Shown here: positions 13,015 through 24,670 of the stretch, piece by piece
How positions within the stretch are numbered: the first letter of the stretch is position 1
How the letters are laid out: each line of letters begins with the position of its first letter
Assembly: GCF_018350175.1 (NCBI RefSeq)
Contig: NC_058383.1
Span: 29,886,001-29,946,000 of the forward strand
DNA: 60,000 nt
Origin: Felis catus
Taxonomy: Eukaryota
Direction of reading: 5' to 3'
Notes under the pieces: model-generated
What the model was told of the DNA's origin: nothing
The model's input: the letters and a program-made list of their open reading frames with translations, nothing else
The model's database searches: none
Program-made: the position numbers and the translations under genes

Positions 13015-13202
13015 GTTTTTCTTTCCTTTCTTTCGTGTTTATGTATTTTTGAGGGGAGGGGGAGGGGCAGAGAGAGAGGGAGACAGGACCTGAAGCAGGA
13101 TCCAAGCTATCAGCACAGAGCCCAGTGCAGGGCTTGAACACACAAACCGCGAGATCATGACCTGAGTCGAAGTCGAAGGCTTGACTGATCCATTCCGGGC
13201 CC
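13015..13202 (-). mobile_element. Carnivore SINE, diverged
   Basis: 'cagcacagagccc...gagatcatgacctgag'; TSD gag(t/c)tactcacct. Confidence 0.88.
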
Positions 13203-13300
13203 TGAGCTACTCACCTCTGTATCTCTAATCCTAGCACGGGACCTCGCAGAGGGGCAGGACCCAGTGAGGGTAGTTGAATGTGTTTATGAACAATTATTTT

Positions 13301-13330
13301 TTTTAGTGTATGTGCTGCCGAAGCGGGCAC
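13301..13330 (-). pseudogene. RNU6: U6 snRNA 5' fragment (nt 1-30), tailless retropseudogene
   Basis: Reverse complement GTGCCCGCTTCGGCAGCACATACACTAAAA matches the U6 5' end GTGCTCGCTTCGGCAGCACATATACTAAAA at 28/30; flanked by a 13/15 direct repeat (13286-13300, 13331-13345). Confidence 0.9.
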
Positions 13331-13354
13331 ATGAATACTTATTTTTTTACTTTT

Positions 13355-13675
13355 TAAAACTTTTTGTGAAAAATTTCAAAGGTACACACAAATAGAACCA
13401 CTGTATAATGAACCTCCAGGTACTTCTCACCCAGCTATAACAATTATTCACATTTACCACTCTTGGTTCAGCTATGCTCCCAGTTTTTTTTTTTTTCTGG
13501 AATATTTTAAAGCAAACAAGATATGATAATAAATGCTTTAGTATGCATCAGTAATGGATGAAAAATCTTTTGAAAGCACAACTATAATATTGTTATCATA
13601 CCCAAGTTTAACAATAATTTATGTGCTACGTACTACCTGGTTTATATTTAAAATTCTACAATTGTCCTAAAATTT
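13355..13675 (-). mobile_element. Old L1M (L1MC/L1ME-like) 3' fragment
   Basis: 'aaaatttcaaaggtacacacaaatagaa...tataatgaacctcc...cacccagct'. Confidence 0.55.
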
Positions 13676-14005
13676 CTTTCTTTCTTTCTTTTCCTCCTCC
13701 CTCCCCCCTCCCCCCTCCTCCCTGCTCCCTCCTCCCTCCTCCCTCCCTCCTCACCCTGCTACCTCCCCCCTCACCCTGCTACCTCCCCCCTCCTCCCTCA
13801 TCTTCCTCCCTCCCTCCTTCCTCACCTTCCTCCCTCCCTCATCTTCCTCCCTCCCTCATCTTCCTCCCTCCCTCATCTTCCTCCCTCCCTCATCTTCCTC
13901 CCTCCCTCCTTCCTCACCTTCCTCCCTCCCTCATCTTCCTCCCCCTCACCCTCCTCCCTCCCCCCTCCTCCTTCATCTTCCTCCCTCCCTCCTCCCTCCT
14001 CTTCC
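13676..14005. repeat. Polypyrimidine minisatellite-like tract (unit ~CCTCCCTCCCTCATCTT)
   Basis: repeated ccctcatcttcctccct and ccctcaccctgctacctccccc units. Confidence 0.9.
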
Positions 14006-14248
14006 CAGAGAAGGAGGTCTTGACAGGTCCTAGAGGCATGGGAGCTCCATAGTATCAGGCACTTCTAAAGCTTTTATCTTAGTTTCTCATTCCCTTCTCT
14101 AGTAAATACTGTTATCCACTAAAACATACCAGTGTTCCTTGGAGAAATGGCTGTTTCTAAGACTGGGAAGGCAAATACACAAGATAAGCCCAGAGCAGCT
14201 TGGAGTGCCAGAAAGTAAGGAAGTGTCAAAAAAAAAATCTCACAATGA

Positions 14249-14468
14249 GGAGCTTCTGTGTGGCTCAGTCAGGTTGAGTGTCCAACTTCGGCTCAAGTCA
14301 TGATCTCAGGATTTAGGAGTTCGAGCCCCGCATCAGGCTCTGTGCGGACAGCTCAGCCTGGAGCCTGCTTCGGATTCTGTGTCTCCCTCTCTCTCTGCCC
14401 CTCCCCTGCTCATGCTCTATCTCTATCTGTCTTTCAAAAATAAATAAATGTCAAAAAAAATTTTTTTT
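14249..14468 (+). mobile_element. Carnivore SINE (SINEC_Fc-like)
   Basis: Body with B-box 'gagttcgagccc'; TSD aaatctcaca(a/g)tga. Confidence 0.95.
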
Positions 14469-15053
14469 AAATCTCACAGTGATAAAGCTATGTCAAGGAC
14501 ACAAAGGAGTCAATTGAAAGAGTTCCTGAAGACTGAGAGCTGGAACAATTTGAGCAACCAAATAGTCCAGTAGTATTGGATTATTATCCCGAAGTAAAAA
14601 CAAAAAACAAAAACATCCAACTGTCCATGCTGATCTACATAAATAATGAAATAAATGGGGAGAACAGACAAACCTCTTATGCCAAAGAATTCCAAATAAT
14701 TATGTAGATATTGTCTCTTCAAGGAGGGGGATCCTCAGACCCTACTCTTTAAGTGTGGGTTTCACATAGTGACTTCCTTCCAAAGAAGATAGTAAGGACA
14801 GGGAGAATAGAGTGACTTTACAGTGAAGAAACCTGCGAACACTCCTCAGCCAGGTGGTCAAGGTTCACATCAACAGTATCCTTGAAAGGATGTACCCCTG
14901 GTATCATGGCACATCACCCGTGTTCTTCCTTTTGTAAACCCTCATCCCCAGGCTACTGAGAAAACCATCAGATAAATCCCAACACAGGGACATTCTACAA
15001 AAATACATCACCAGTATTCACACTGTCAACGTCGTTAGAAACAAGGTATGTCT

Positions 15054-15245
15054 GGGGCGCCTGAGTGGCCCAGTCACTTGAGCATCCCACTCTTGATTTC
15101 AGCTCAAGTCATAAGCTCCAGGTCATGAGATCAAGCCCCAATGTCAGGCTTTGCACCGAGCATGGAGCCCATTTGAGATGTTCTCTCCCTCTTCCTCTAC
15201 TCCTCCCCCATGTCAAAAACAAAGAAATAAACAACAACAAAAAAC
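15054..15245 (+). mobile_element. Carnivore SINE, older-looking subfamily
   Basis: 'ggggcgcctgagtggcccagtc...gagatcaagcccc'; TSD aggtatgtctg. Confidence 0.9.
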
Positions 15246-15803
15246 ACCGAGGTATGTCTGAGAAACTGTCACAGCCCAGAGGATCTTAAGGAGAACATGC
15301 TAAGTGTCATATAGTACCCTGGAAGAGAAAAAGGACATTAGGTAATATGAGGAAACAATGGTCTCTAGTTAATAATAAGGCATCAGTATTGTTCTGCTAA
15401 TGGTGACAAAGTCACCCTATTAATGTAAGATGTTAATAAAGAGGTCCCAGATGTGGGGGATATAGGGACTCTGTACCATAATCACATTTTTTTTTTTTTG
15501 GCAAATCCAAAATTATGCTAAAATAAAAAGCTTATTCAAGAAAATCTACCCAATTATTTTCTTTATTCTTCTTTCTTGCAATGCCCCAGACTAAAGGAGA
15601 GGAAGAAAATGATCCATTCTACCACCATTACAATATCCATTCAGTATGCTGCTCAGGTATAAATTGGATTATCTAACTGTTAACACTAAGGTGTGACTTT
15701 CTAATAAGCTTAATATTTTCAGGTGGTATTTACATTTTAAAAGAGGCTCTGATTTACTCAAATCTCAAAATATAATACCCAGGAGACATTTTTGAGCTGA
15801 ACC

Positions 15804-16007
15804 TTTTTTTTTTTTTTTAATGTTTATTCTTGAGAGAGAGTTGGGGGGGGAGGGGTAGAGACAGAGAGGGAGACACAGAATCTGAAACAGACTCCAGGCT
15901 CTGAGCTACCAGGAAAGAGCCCAATGTGGGGCTTGAACTCACGAATGGTGAGATCATGACCTGAGCTGAAGTCAGACGCTTAACCAACTGAGCCACCTGG
16001 GCACCCC
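15804..16007 (-). mobile_element. Carnivore SINE (SINEC_Fc-like)
   Basis: poly-T tail, body, ends 'gagccacctgggcacccc'. Confidence 0.95.
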
Positions 16008-16639
16008 AGAGGTGAGCATTTTGGTGCTCTGTATCTGTGACTTCCATAAGCAATCCATACAAGAAGAATGACACAGAACTATATTTACAGACTTCCCAAA
16101 AGACTTGTAAAGTCTGTATAGAGAAAATTGATGGCCTTTTACACCACTATTTAATAAAATTTCAAAAGGTTAAGCCAGTAGAGACAAAGTGTGTTGCAGT
16201 GGAAAGATTTTGGCTACCCAGAGGGAACTGTGCTCTGATTATGATGCCAGCACCTATAACTTTGTGACTTTGTTCATGCTGCTTAATTGCTCTGTGTGCC
16301 AGTGTCCTTACCTAAATAGAGATAATTAAAGCTTGATAGTGGTGACTAAGTGACATAATGCACATACAACACCAAGTATGGTGCCTAGCACATAGGAGAT
16401 TTCAAAAAAGAAAAAAAAAGAAAAGATGATTACTACGTTGCTGTCATCATCATGGACCATCATCAATGGTTCCTTTATTTTCAAGCTGAGTAACGTGGAG
16501 CAGATTACCCAGCACCCTTCAGCATCAGTTTGCTTGCATAAAATGGTGATAAAAACCACATATTCCATATAAAGTTTCTATGCAGAGTAAATGAAGTTAA
16601 TGCTTTTATTGTGTTTTGTCTTGTGCTTTAGCACAGCTC

Positions 16640-16780
16640 TGTCTGTATCTGTCCATCTATCCATGCATCCATCTGTCTTCACAACTATCGGTCTATTGAT
16701 CTGTCATCTATCCATCCATCCTGTCTGTGTATCTATCTATCCATCCATACATCCACCTTCCTTTACATCTATCCACCTAT
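16640..16780. repeat. Degenerate (TCCA/TCTA)n tetranucleotide repeat
   Basis: tccatctatccatgcatccatc... array. Confidence 0.75.
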
Positions 16781-16791
16781 CTTTCTTTAAA

Positions 16792-17008
16792 TTTTTTTAA
16801 ACGTTTATTTATTTTTTGAGAGACTGAGAGAGACAGAGCATGAGCAGGGAAGGGGTAAAGAGAGAGAGAGGGAGTCACAGAATCCAAAGAAGGCTCCAGG
16901 CTCTGAGCTGTGATCATAGAGCCCGACGCGGGGCTCGAACTCAGGAGCTGTGAAATCATGACCTGAGCTGAAGTCGGATGCTTAACCCACTGAGCCACCC
17001 AGGTGCAC
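16792..17008 (-). mobile_element. Carnivore SINE (SINEC_Fc-like)
   Basis: Full body; exact TSD tatctttctttaaa. Confidence 0.96.
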
Positions 17009-17764
17009 GTATCTTTCTTTAAAGTTTACATGAACAGACTCCAGATTCCCCTAAATGTGGCTAACAAAATGGAGCTAGGAAATTTCCCATACAGGAATTT
17101 GTACTTTTTTTTTTAACAGTGGAAACGAATGAGTTTTGAAAAGGCTCAAAGGCCTTCTTTGATATTCATGTGTTCCAGATAAAATTCTCAAATAATGCAT
17201 ATAAATGAAGGAAGCTTTAACCTGCAATAATTAAAGAAAAAACTATTGGTTTTGAATAATATTGAAACTGTGGGTTTATTACATTTTCAGGGCCTTGAAT
17301 TTAGAGTACAAAATAAAGCCAACGCCAGGGAGGCTGCCTCTTCTTAAAGGTTACTCCTAATTGATAATTTGTTGAATTAAAAAATTGTTGGTGCTTTCTT
17401 GCTAGTGGCACTGAGGCCAGCTGAGGAATCGTTAATAATTCTGGGTGCTTTGAAGCCTGAAGCCAGGAATACTTCCCTTATTTTTCAGTGCAGATGCTCA
17501 AATAGCAGCATCCTTGTGAGCCGTCTGTCAGTAAGTGTGCCAACTTTATGCTTACACTGTGATAAGAAACACAATGGTTAAATATCCTTAGTTATCCTGT
17601 TCATCCCACTCTACATGGGGACCAACTTAAGACCACATATTGTGTCCTCCCTCTGGCAACACAAAGACCCACTTTCCTCTCCTATCCAGCTACCAAACAG
17701 GCAGACCTCCTGGTCAAATGTTCTGGTTGAGTCAGACTCTGAGATCTTTTGGATTAACTAGGAA

Positions 17765-18070
17765 ACCAACATAGAACAGGAGGGGAAGGGAAAGGACAGG
17801 AAGGGAGCCCCGCATTGAATCCTGAACAATGATGACCTTTGGAGTCAAGGAGAGGAAGAAGAGCAACAGATAGCTAGGAAGGCATGACCAGGGACAGAGG
17901 AGGATAACCGAATGTTCTAGAAGTCAACAGAGCCCAGCACTTCGATGGGGTCTTGTTGAGTGACCTTGAGAGACTGAGTAAAATAAAGACCAAAACATGG
18001 GCATTGGGTTTGATAACATGGTGGACATCATTGGTAATATGGGCAAAAGAAGTTTCTATGGAGTGGGGAT
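17765..18070 (-). mobile_element. L2 internal fragment
   Basis: 'gcattgggtttgataacatggtggacatcattggtaat...agtttctatggagtgg'. Confidence 0.5.
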
Positions 18071-18579
18071 AGAGAGAAGGGGAGGGAACTAAGGGGGAGA
18101 AGCAAATGGGGCATGAGGATGTGGGGGAAACCCATGTTTTCATTTGTGCTTGAAAATTTTCATAACTAAAAGCATTTCTAAGACTAATCAAAAACTGGAC
18201 ATGCACACACACACACCCCTCACATTGCATTTAATGGATGACGTAGCAGGTGAACCCGGCTCCATAGGATCTCCATGCTGTTCCACCCTGCCCTCCCCCA
18301 CATTTTCGTGGCACCAGCCACCGCTCTGCCCAAAGTAAGCCATATGCAATTTTTCCTTCTCAGATGCCTTAGTGATCAGATTCCTTTGCTGCTGTCCTTC
18401 TGAGACACATTGTTTACAGGGCTCAATATGACCAGCTGGCTCCTGGCTCCTCTCTAACTCCCTCTCACCACTTTCTCTCCATTACGACCCTCCAGCCATT
18501 TTGGCTTCCTTGCAGATCCTTGAACAAACTCCTATATCTCCTCAGGACTTGTGCACCTCTTCTCCCTTCTGCCTTGGAG

Positions 18580-18586
18580 CTCTCGT

Positions 18587-18618
<32 letters not shown>

Positions 18619-18643
18619 CCAAAGCAAATCAATAAACTTTAAA
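18580..18643 (+). mobile_element. SINE 3' remnant ((CT)n + A-rich tail only)
   Basis: 'gctcgctctctctc...caaagcaaatcaataaacttt'. Confidence 0.6.
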
Positions 18644-19049
18644 TAATGACCTTTATTCATAGTTATTAAGTAAAGGCAATCTGGGAGTCTTGGAGTTGGT
18701 GGTTGAGGGAAGACCTAGAAAGCATCTAGATCAGGATTCTCCACCAATTCCATGTTGATTAGGTGAATCTGTGGGGGGGAAAAAAAAGCAGAATTAAGCA
18801 TGTAGAGTTGCCCTCTGTGCATGTGCAAGTTAAACCCTTGGAGAATTGCAACACGTGTTACCATAGGGTCAGTGAGAAGTTCTACCACCAACAAACTAGC
18901 CTAACTTGAATTAATCCACACTGACTGGGCAATTTGCCTGCAAGAAATTTTCTGATCATAAACATTTTATTTCTTTGGAAGTTTTCGTGGCACTGTATTT
19001 GTGTGGAATGCATAGAAATGCATCAATGTGCATGCAATACAGCACGGCG

Positions 19050-19290
19050 GGGAGGGTCAGTGGGGTGCAGTAATCAAGAGTATAGACGCTGAGGCCAGGT
19101 CTGCCTTGATGAGGCCCTGGCTCTGTGGCTTTCAGCTGTATAGCTTTGGGCAAGTTACTCAATCCTGCGACTCAGTTTCCTCATGTGCGAAATGAAGATA
19201 ATAATAGTAGGACCTACCTCATCTAGTTGTAATGAGGATTAAATGGGTTAATCCATGTAAATTCTTGAAGAAATGCCTGACCCATATAGC
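19050..19290 (+). mobile_element. MIR
   Basis: 'ttgggcaagttactcaat...ctcagtttcctcatgtgcgaaatgaagataataatagta...aggattaaatg'. Confidence 0.85.
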
Positions 19291-19396
19291 ATGCAACCAC
19301 TAGCTTGCAACAGTTTTACAAGCCATGTGTTTTTCAACAAAAATAAGTTAATAACACAGTGTTGGTTTCAAACTCTTTAGACTCTTGCAATTTTCT

Positions 19397-19609
19397 TGTT
19401 TTAAAAATTTTTTTAAATGTTTTAAAAATTTTTTTAAATGTTTTCTTTATTTTTGAGACAGAGAGAGAGGAACACACAGAATCCTTAGCAGGCTGTAGTC
19501 TCTGAGCTGTCAGCACAGAGCCCAACTTGGAGCTCGAACCCACAAACTGAGAGATCATGACCCGAGCCAAAGATGGAGGCTTAACCAACTTGAGCCACCT
19601 AGGCACCCC
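19397..19609 (-). mobile_element. Carnivore SINE with duplicated tail segment
   Basis: Body typical; tail shows ttttaaaaatttttttaaatg twice. Confidence 0.93.
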
Positions 19610-19991
19610 TAGAGCCTTGCTATTTTCAAACACGAAGGGGGCCTCAGCCCCGTGGTAGTGACAAGGAATTTTGACTCCCTTTCTGGGAGTTATTCTTGGG
19701 CAATTTGAAAACCTGTCTGGCCCATTTTGCTGAGTGCTTAATGAGCCCACGTAACCTCTTTTTTTTTTTTTGGCTAAAATTTTTATTTCATTTTATTGTA
19801 TCTCTAGTTTGTATTATTTTACAACTCTGGTCAAGTTGTCATTTAAGTGTCATTTAATATTTTATATTTCCCATCCTTTTGTTTTCTCTTTTCTTACCTT
19901 CCTCTTTGACCTCGATCTTTCTATGTCAACTCTTTCTACAGATCCCATATGTATAATAATGTACAACTATAATAATACTTGCTCCCTTATT

Positions 19992-21888
19992 TATTAAAAA
20001 AATTAAAATTTGAATTCCAATATAGTTACCAAACGGTGTTATAGTAATTTTAGGTGTAGAATAGAGTGATTTGATAATTCTATACATTATTCAGTGCTCC
20101 TCGTGGTAAGTGTACTCTTAATCCCCATCACCTCTTTCACCCATCTACCAACCCACCTCCCCTCTGGTAACCATCAATTTGTTCCCTGTAGGTAAGAGTC
20201 TGTTTTTCTTTTCTTTTTTCCTTTTTTTTGTTCATTTGTTTTGTTTTTTGGATTCCATATATGAGTGAAATCATACGGTATTTGTCTTTCTCTGAGTGAC
20301 TTATTTCGCTTAGCATTACGCCCTCTAGGTCCACCTATGTTGTTGCAAATGGCAAGATTTTGTGCTTTTTTGTGGCTGAGGAATATTCCAGTGTGTATAT
20401 TTACATATATACACTGCATCTTCCTTATCCATTCATCACCCGATGGACACTTGGGCTGCTTCCATATCTTGGCTCTTGTAAATAATGCTGCAGTAAACAC
20501 AGGGGTGTATATATCTTTTTGCATTAGTGTTTTCCTATTCTTTGGGTAAAAAGTAGTAGGGGAATTACTAGATACTATGGTAGTTCTCTTTTTAATTTTT
20601 AAGGAATCTCCATACTGGTTTCCACGGTAGCTACACAAGTTTGCATTCCCACCAACAGTGCACGAGTGTTCCTTTTTCTCCACATCTTCACCAAGACTTG
20701 TTATCTCTTGAGTTTTTTATTTTAGCCACTCTGACAGGTGTGAGGTGATATCTTATTGTGGGTTTGATTTGCATTTCCCTAGTGATGAGAGTGATGTTGT
20801 ACATCTTTTTATATGGCTGTTGGCCATCTGGATGTCTTCTTTGGAGAAATGTCTATTCATGTCTTCTGCCCATTTTTAATTGGATTCATTTGGTTTTTGG
20901 TTTGGTTGTTTGACATTGAGTTGTGTAAATTCTTTATATATTTTGGGTACTAACCCTTTATCAGATATATCATTTGCCAATATCTTCTCCCATTCAGTAG
21001 GTTGCTTTTGTTGATCGTTTGCTTTGCTATGCAGAAGCTTTTTATTTTGATGTATTCCTAATAGTTTATTTTTCCTTTTGTTTCTCTTGACTCAGGAGAC
21101 ATATCTAAAAAAATGTTGCTATGGCGGATGTTAAAGAAGTTACTACCTGTGCCCTCTTTTAGGATTTTTATGGTTTCAGGTCTCACATTTAGATTCTTAA
21201 TACATTATGAGTTTGTTTTTGTGAATGGTGTAAGAAAGTGGTCTAGTTTCATTCTTCTGCATGTTGCTGTCCAGTTTTCCCAGAACCATTTGTTGAAGAG
21301 ACTTTTTCCCACTGCGTGTTCTTGCCTCCTTTGTCGAAGATTTATTGGCCATATGATTGTGGGTTTATTTTTGGGCTCTCTGTTCTGTTCTGTTGATCGA
21401 TGTATCCATTTCTTGTGCCAGTTCCATACTGTTTTGATCACTACAGCCTTGTAGCATATCTTGAAATCTGGAATTGTTATCCCTCCTGCTGTATTTTTCT
21501 TTTTCAAGATTGCTTCAGCTATTCTGGGTCTTGTGTGGTTCTATACAAAGTTTTAAGATTTTTGTTCTAGTTCTGTGAAAGGTGCTGTTGGTATTTTGAT
21601 AGGGATTGCAATTAAATTTGTGGATTGTGTTGGGTAGCCCGGAGATTTTAACAATGCTTGTCTTTCTAATCCATGAACATGGAATATCTTTCCATTTCTT
21701 TGTGTCACCTTCCATTTCTTTCATCAGTATTTTATAGTGTTGAGACTACAGGTCTTTTACTTCCTTGGCTAAGTTTATTCTTAGGTATTTTATTGTTTTT
21801 GGTGCAATTGTAAATGGGATTGTTTTCTTAATTTCTCTTTCTGCTATTTCATTATTAGTGTATAGAAATGTGACAGATTGCTGTGTAA
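19992..21888 (-). mobile_element. 5'-truncated carnivore L1 (L1_Carn-like): ORF2 C-terminal part + 3'UTR, degenerate
   Basis: Minus ORFs give L1 ORF2 peptides ([54 protein letters not shown]) split by frameshifts. Confidence 0.95.
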
Positions 21889-22129
21889 TGATCCCACATG
21901 ACCTCCTGATTCCTTCCTTGCTTGCTAGTGAGCCACACTCAAACTTAAGAGAACATGCAATATCCACGTCCTGGCTCTCCAGAAATGCAATTGTCTTTCA
22001 CAAGTGTATCATTTCCCTCTTTCTCTACTTCTGTCTTTGCTGTCTTCCTCTGCTTTTCTATCTCTCTTTTTCTGTGTCTCTCTCATACACATATCAAACA
22101 ATACACGTTTTGTTTGTATATATGGTCTC

Positions 22130-23122
22130 CCTGTGTGTGTATACATATGTATATGAGTGTATGCATATGCCTGTGTATGTGTGTGTCTTCCTGCGTGTGT
22201 GTCTCTGTGTCTACATGTGTGTCTCTGTGTGTGTGCATGTGTGTATCTGTGTGTGTGTCTGTGTGTCTGCATGTGTGTTTCTATATGTTTCTGTTTGTGA
22301 GTGTTCATGGGTGTTTCGTGTGTCTACGTGTGTGTGTGCGTCTGCACGTGTGTTTGTATTTGCATGTGTATCTGTGCATGTCTGTGTGTTTGCATGTGTG
22401 TCTTTGTGTGTCTGCATGTGTGCATGTGTGTCTGCATGTGTGTGTGTTTGCATGTGTCTGTATATGTCTGCCTGTGTGTTTGCATGTGTGTGTCTCTGTT
22501 TTGCATGTGTATCTGTGCATGTCGGTGTATGTGTTTGCTTGTGTATCTGTGTGTGTTTGTGTATCTGTGTGTGTCTGTGTTTGCATGTGTATCTGTGTGT
22601 GTTTGCTTGTGTATCTGTGCATGTCTGTGTGTTTGCATGTGTGTCTCTGCGTGTCTGCGTGTGTGTTTTCACGTGTATCTGTGCATCCCTGTGTTTTCCA
22701 TGTGTATCTGTGTGTTTGCACGTGTGTGCATGTCTCTGTGTGTGTTTACATGTGTGTGCGTGTCTGCATGTGTGTCTTTGTGTGTTTGCATGTGTATGGG
22801 TGTGTCTCTGTCTTGCATGTGTATCTGTGCATGTCTGTGTGTTTGCGTGTGTGTTTGTGTGTCTGTGTGTGTGTTTGCAAATGTATTTGTGTGTATCTGT
22901 GTTTGTGTATCTGTGCATGTCTGTGTGTGTTTGCATGTGTGTCTGTATGTGTCTGCATGTGTGTTTGCATGTGTATCTGTGTGTCTCTGTGTTTTGCATA
23001 TGTATTTGTGTGTGTTTGCATGTGTGTGCGTGTCTTTTTGTGTGTGTGTCTGTGCATGTCTTTGTGTTTGCACGTGTATTTGTGTGTGTCCGTACGTTTG
23101 TCTGCATGTGCATGTGCACGCA
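22130..23122. repeat. ~1 kb complex TG-rich array with recurrent TGCATG
   Basis: interrupted (TG)n with recurring unit gtttgcatgtgtatctgtgcatgtctgtgt. Confidence 0.95.
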
Positions 23123-24424
23123 TAACCCTTTCCCCAGACGTGACTCTGCTTCTTGGTCTCTCAGCTTCTAGCAGCCCTCTCTCCCTTTGTCACAAGGGGG
23201 TCAGACTCCAGAAGACCCGCCCACCCACCATCCCCCTGACTTCCAGCTGAGCCAAGTGGAAGATAAGGGCTGCTTCAAATGGCTCCTTTTCTCTAACTCC
23301 ACATTGTGAACATGCCAGTGTTTATTTGGCCACATGGTCCATTTGGGACGATTTCCCTTGCAGTCCTGCTAAAAATCGCCCCATTTTCTTTCAGCCTTTG
23401 TCCTCTTTTTGCCTCAACCCCACCTGAGGTCAGACACCTTTCTTCTCTGTTTTTCAGTTATCTCTGGTGCTTTTATTCCCATCAGCAACTTAAGCTGCTA
23501 CCTAGCAATTTGAGTCAGGGTGTTCAGCCTCTGATTTTTGAGAGAAACACACCCCTGATATTAAGCGGTTCACAGGCCCCATCCTCTGTCTGTGTCTTTT
23601 AATGGGAGGAATAATGAAGGAGCAACAACAAGCCAAATCCAACTACTTCTTTTGGGTAATTCTCCTATTGATTGCTCCCTAATCAGAAAACCTGTGGTCT
23701 TCATGTGAAGCAAAGACATTTGAAGCCAGCATTTTTATCACATTTGTCCAGCATAGATTGGAAGCTGATTTTCAAAACATCAGAACGATATCTAGAAGAA
23801 CCTGTCCTGTCGGGGGTTTGCTTTCGTGGGCTAAGAAAATATCCCAACAGCTTTTTGACCTACGAAATCTGTCTTCAGAAAGTGGTTTCCACATGTGTGA
23901 CATATTTAGCCTGCCTCGGAAAAACACAATTTATATTTGACAGTTTTAATATTTTGAACACTGCATGTGGACATTTTTATCAGGCAGGTTGTTTATGTTG
24001 ACAGTGGGAGTTTGCAAACTAATGAAGAAAATAAGAAAGGAAATTAGCTTGAAGCTGCTGAGTATTTGCGAGCAGAAGGTAAACGAAGGAGGTACCGATG
24101 TCTAGAAATAATTGCCATCGCTGCCATGGTCCTCCATTAGCGCTGCCAGAAGACCCAGGGTCTGACAGTTAAATTAAAGCTTGCAACCCAGTGAAAAATT
24201 AGCAGCAGAAAGCTTGAATTCTGGTAACATCACACTGCATGCCATTTACTGTAGGGCTTGACAACTTTGTTCCATTCATAATATTCATTGGGGGGTAAGA
24301 TGGTTTGGGAGACGTAGAAAACACTTTTAGCTGTAGCAGGCAGTGTTTACAAAGCAATGATCCGGCCAGTTTGCCATGACAGTGAGGGCTTGCTCAGGGA
24401 ATTTCTTCTCTTGTTATGTGACAC

Positions 24425-24670
24425 TGGATGATGACTGGAGTCTGAACTTTGACATCAGACAGAGTTGAGTATAAAGCCCAGCTCCACCTGGGTGGACCCT
24501 ACTGGCTTTGTGTCTTTGGGCTAGGGACTTAAGCTTTCTGTTCCTTAGTTTTCTCACCTTCAAAGTGTAGCTAATAATATGACCTGCCTCATAAGATTAT
24601 GAAGGAGTCGATGAGATAATGCATTAAAGGGCCTTGCACCATGTCTGGCACATCATAAGCAATGTAGTTG
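24425..24670 (+). mobile_element. MIR
   Basis: 'tgtgtctttgggc...cttagttttctcacc...gacctgcctcataagatt...tggcacat'. Confidence 0.7.

Larger units (their letters stand above)
14045..15540 (+). mobile_element. L1MC-type 3' region interrupted by two SINEs
   Basis: 'gttccttggagaaatggctg', 'gctggaacaatttgagcaac', terminal 'taatgtaagatgttaataa...gggactctgtac...aaaataaaaagc'. Confidence 0.75.

Noticed and set aside
13621..14052. 143-aa Pro/Ser/Leu-rich ORF
   Set aside because: Translation of the polypyrimidine repeat
19941..21901. gatccca(t/c)atg on both sides of the older L1 as a TSD
   Set aside because: The left copy is about 40 bp away from the L1 tail, so it does not abut the element; cannot support
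21765..23250. Long ORFs (468, 431, 302, 274 aa) rich in Cys/Val or His/Thr
   Set aside because: They arise because the TG array lacks stop codons in nearly all frames, and the longest starts in antisense L1. There is no protein-like complexity.
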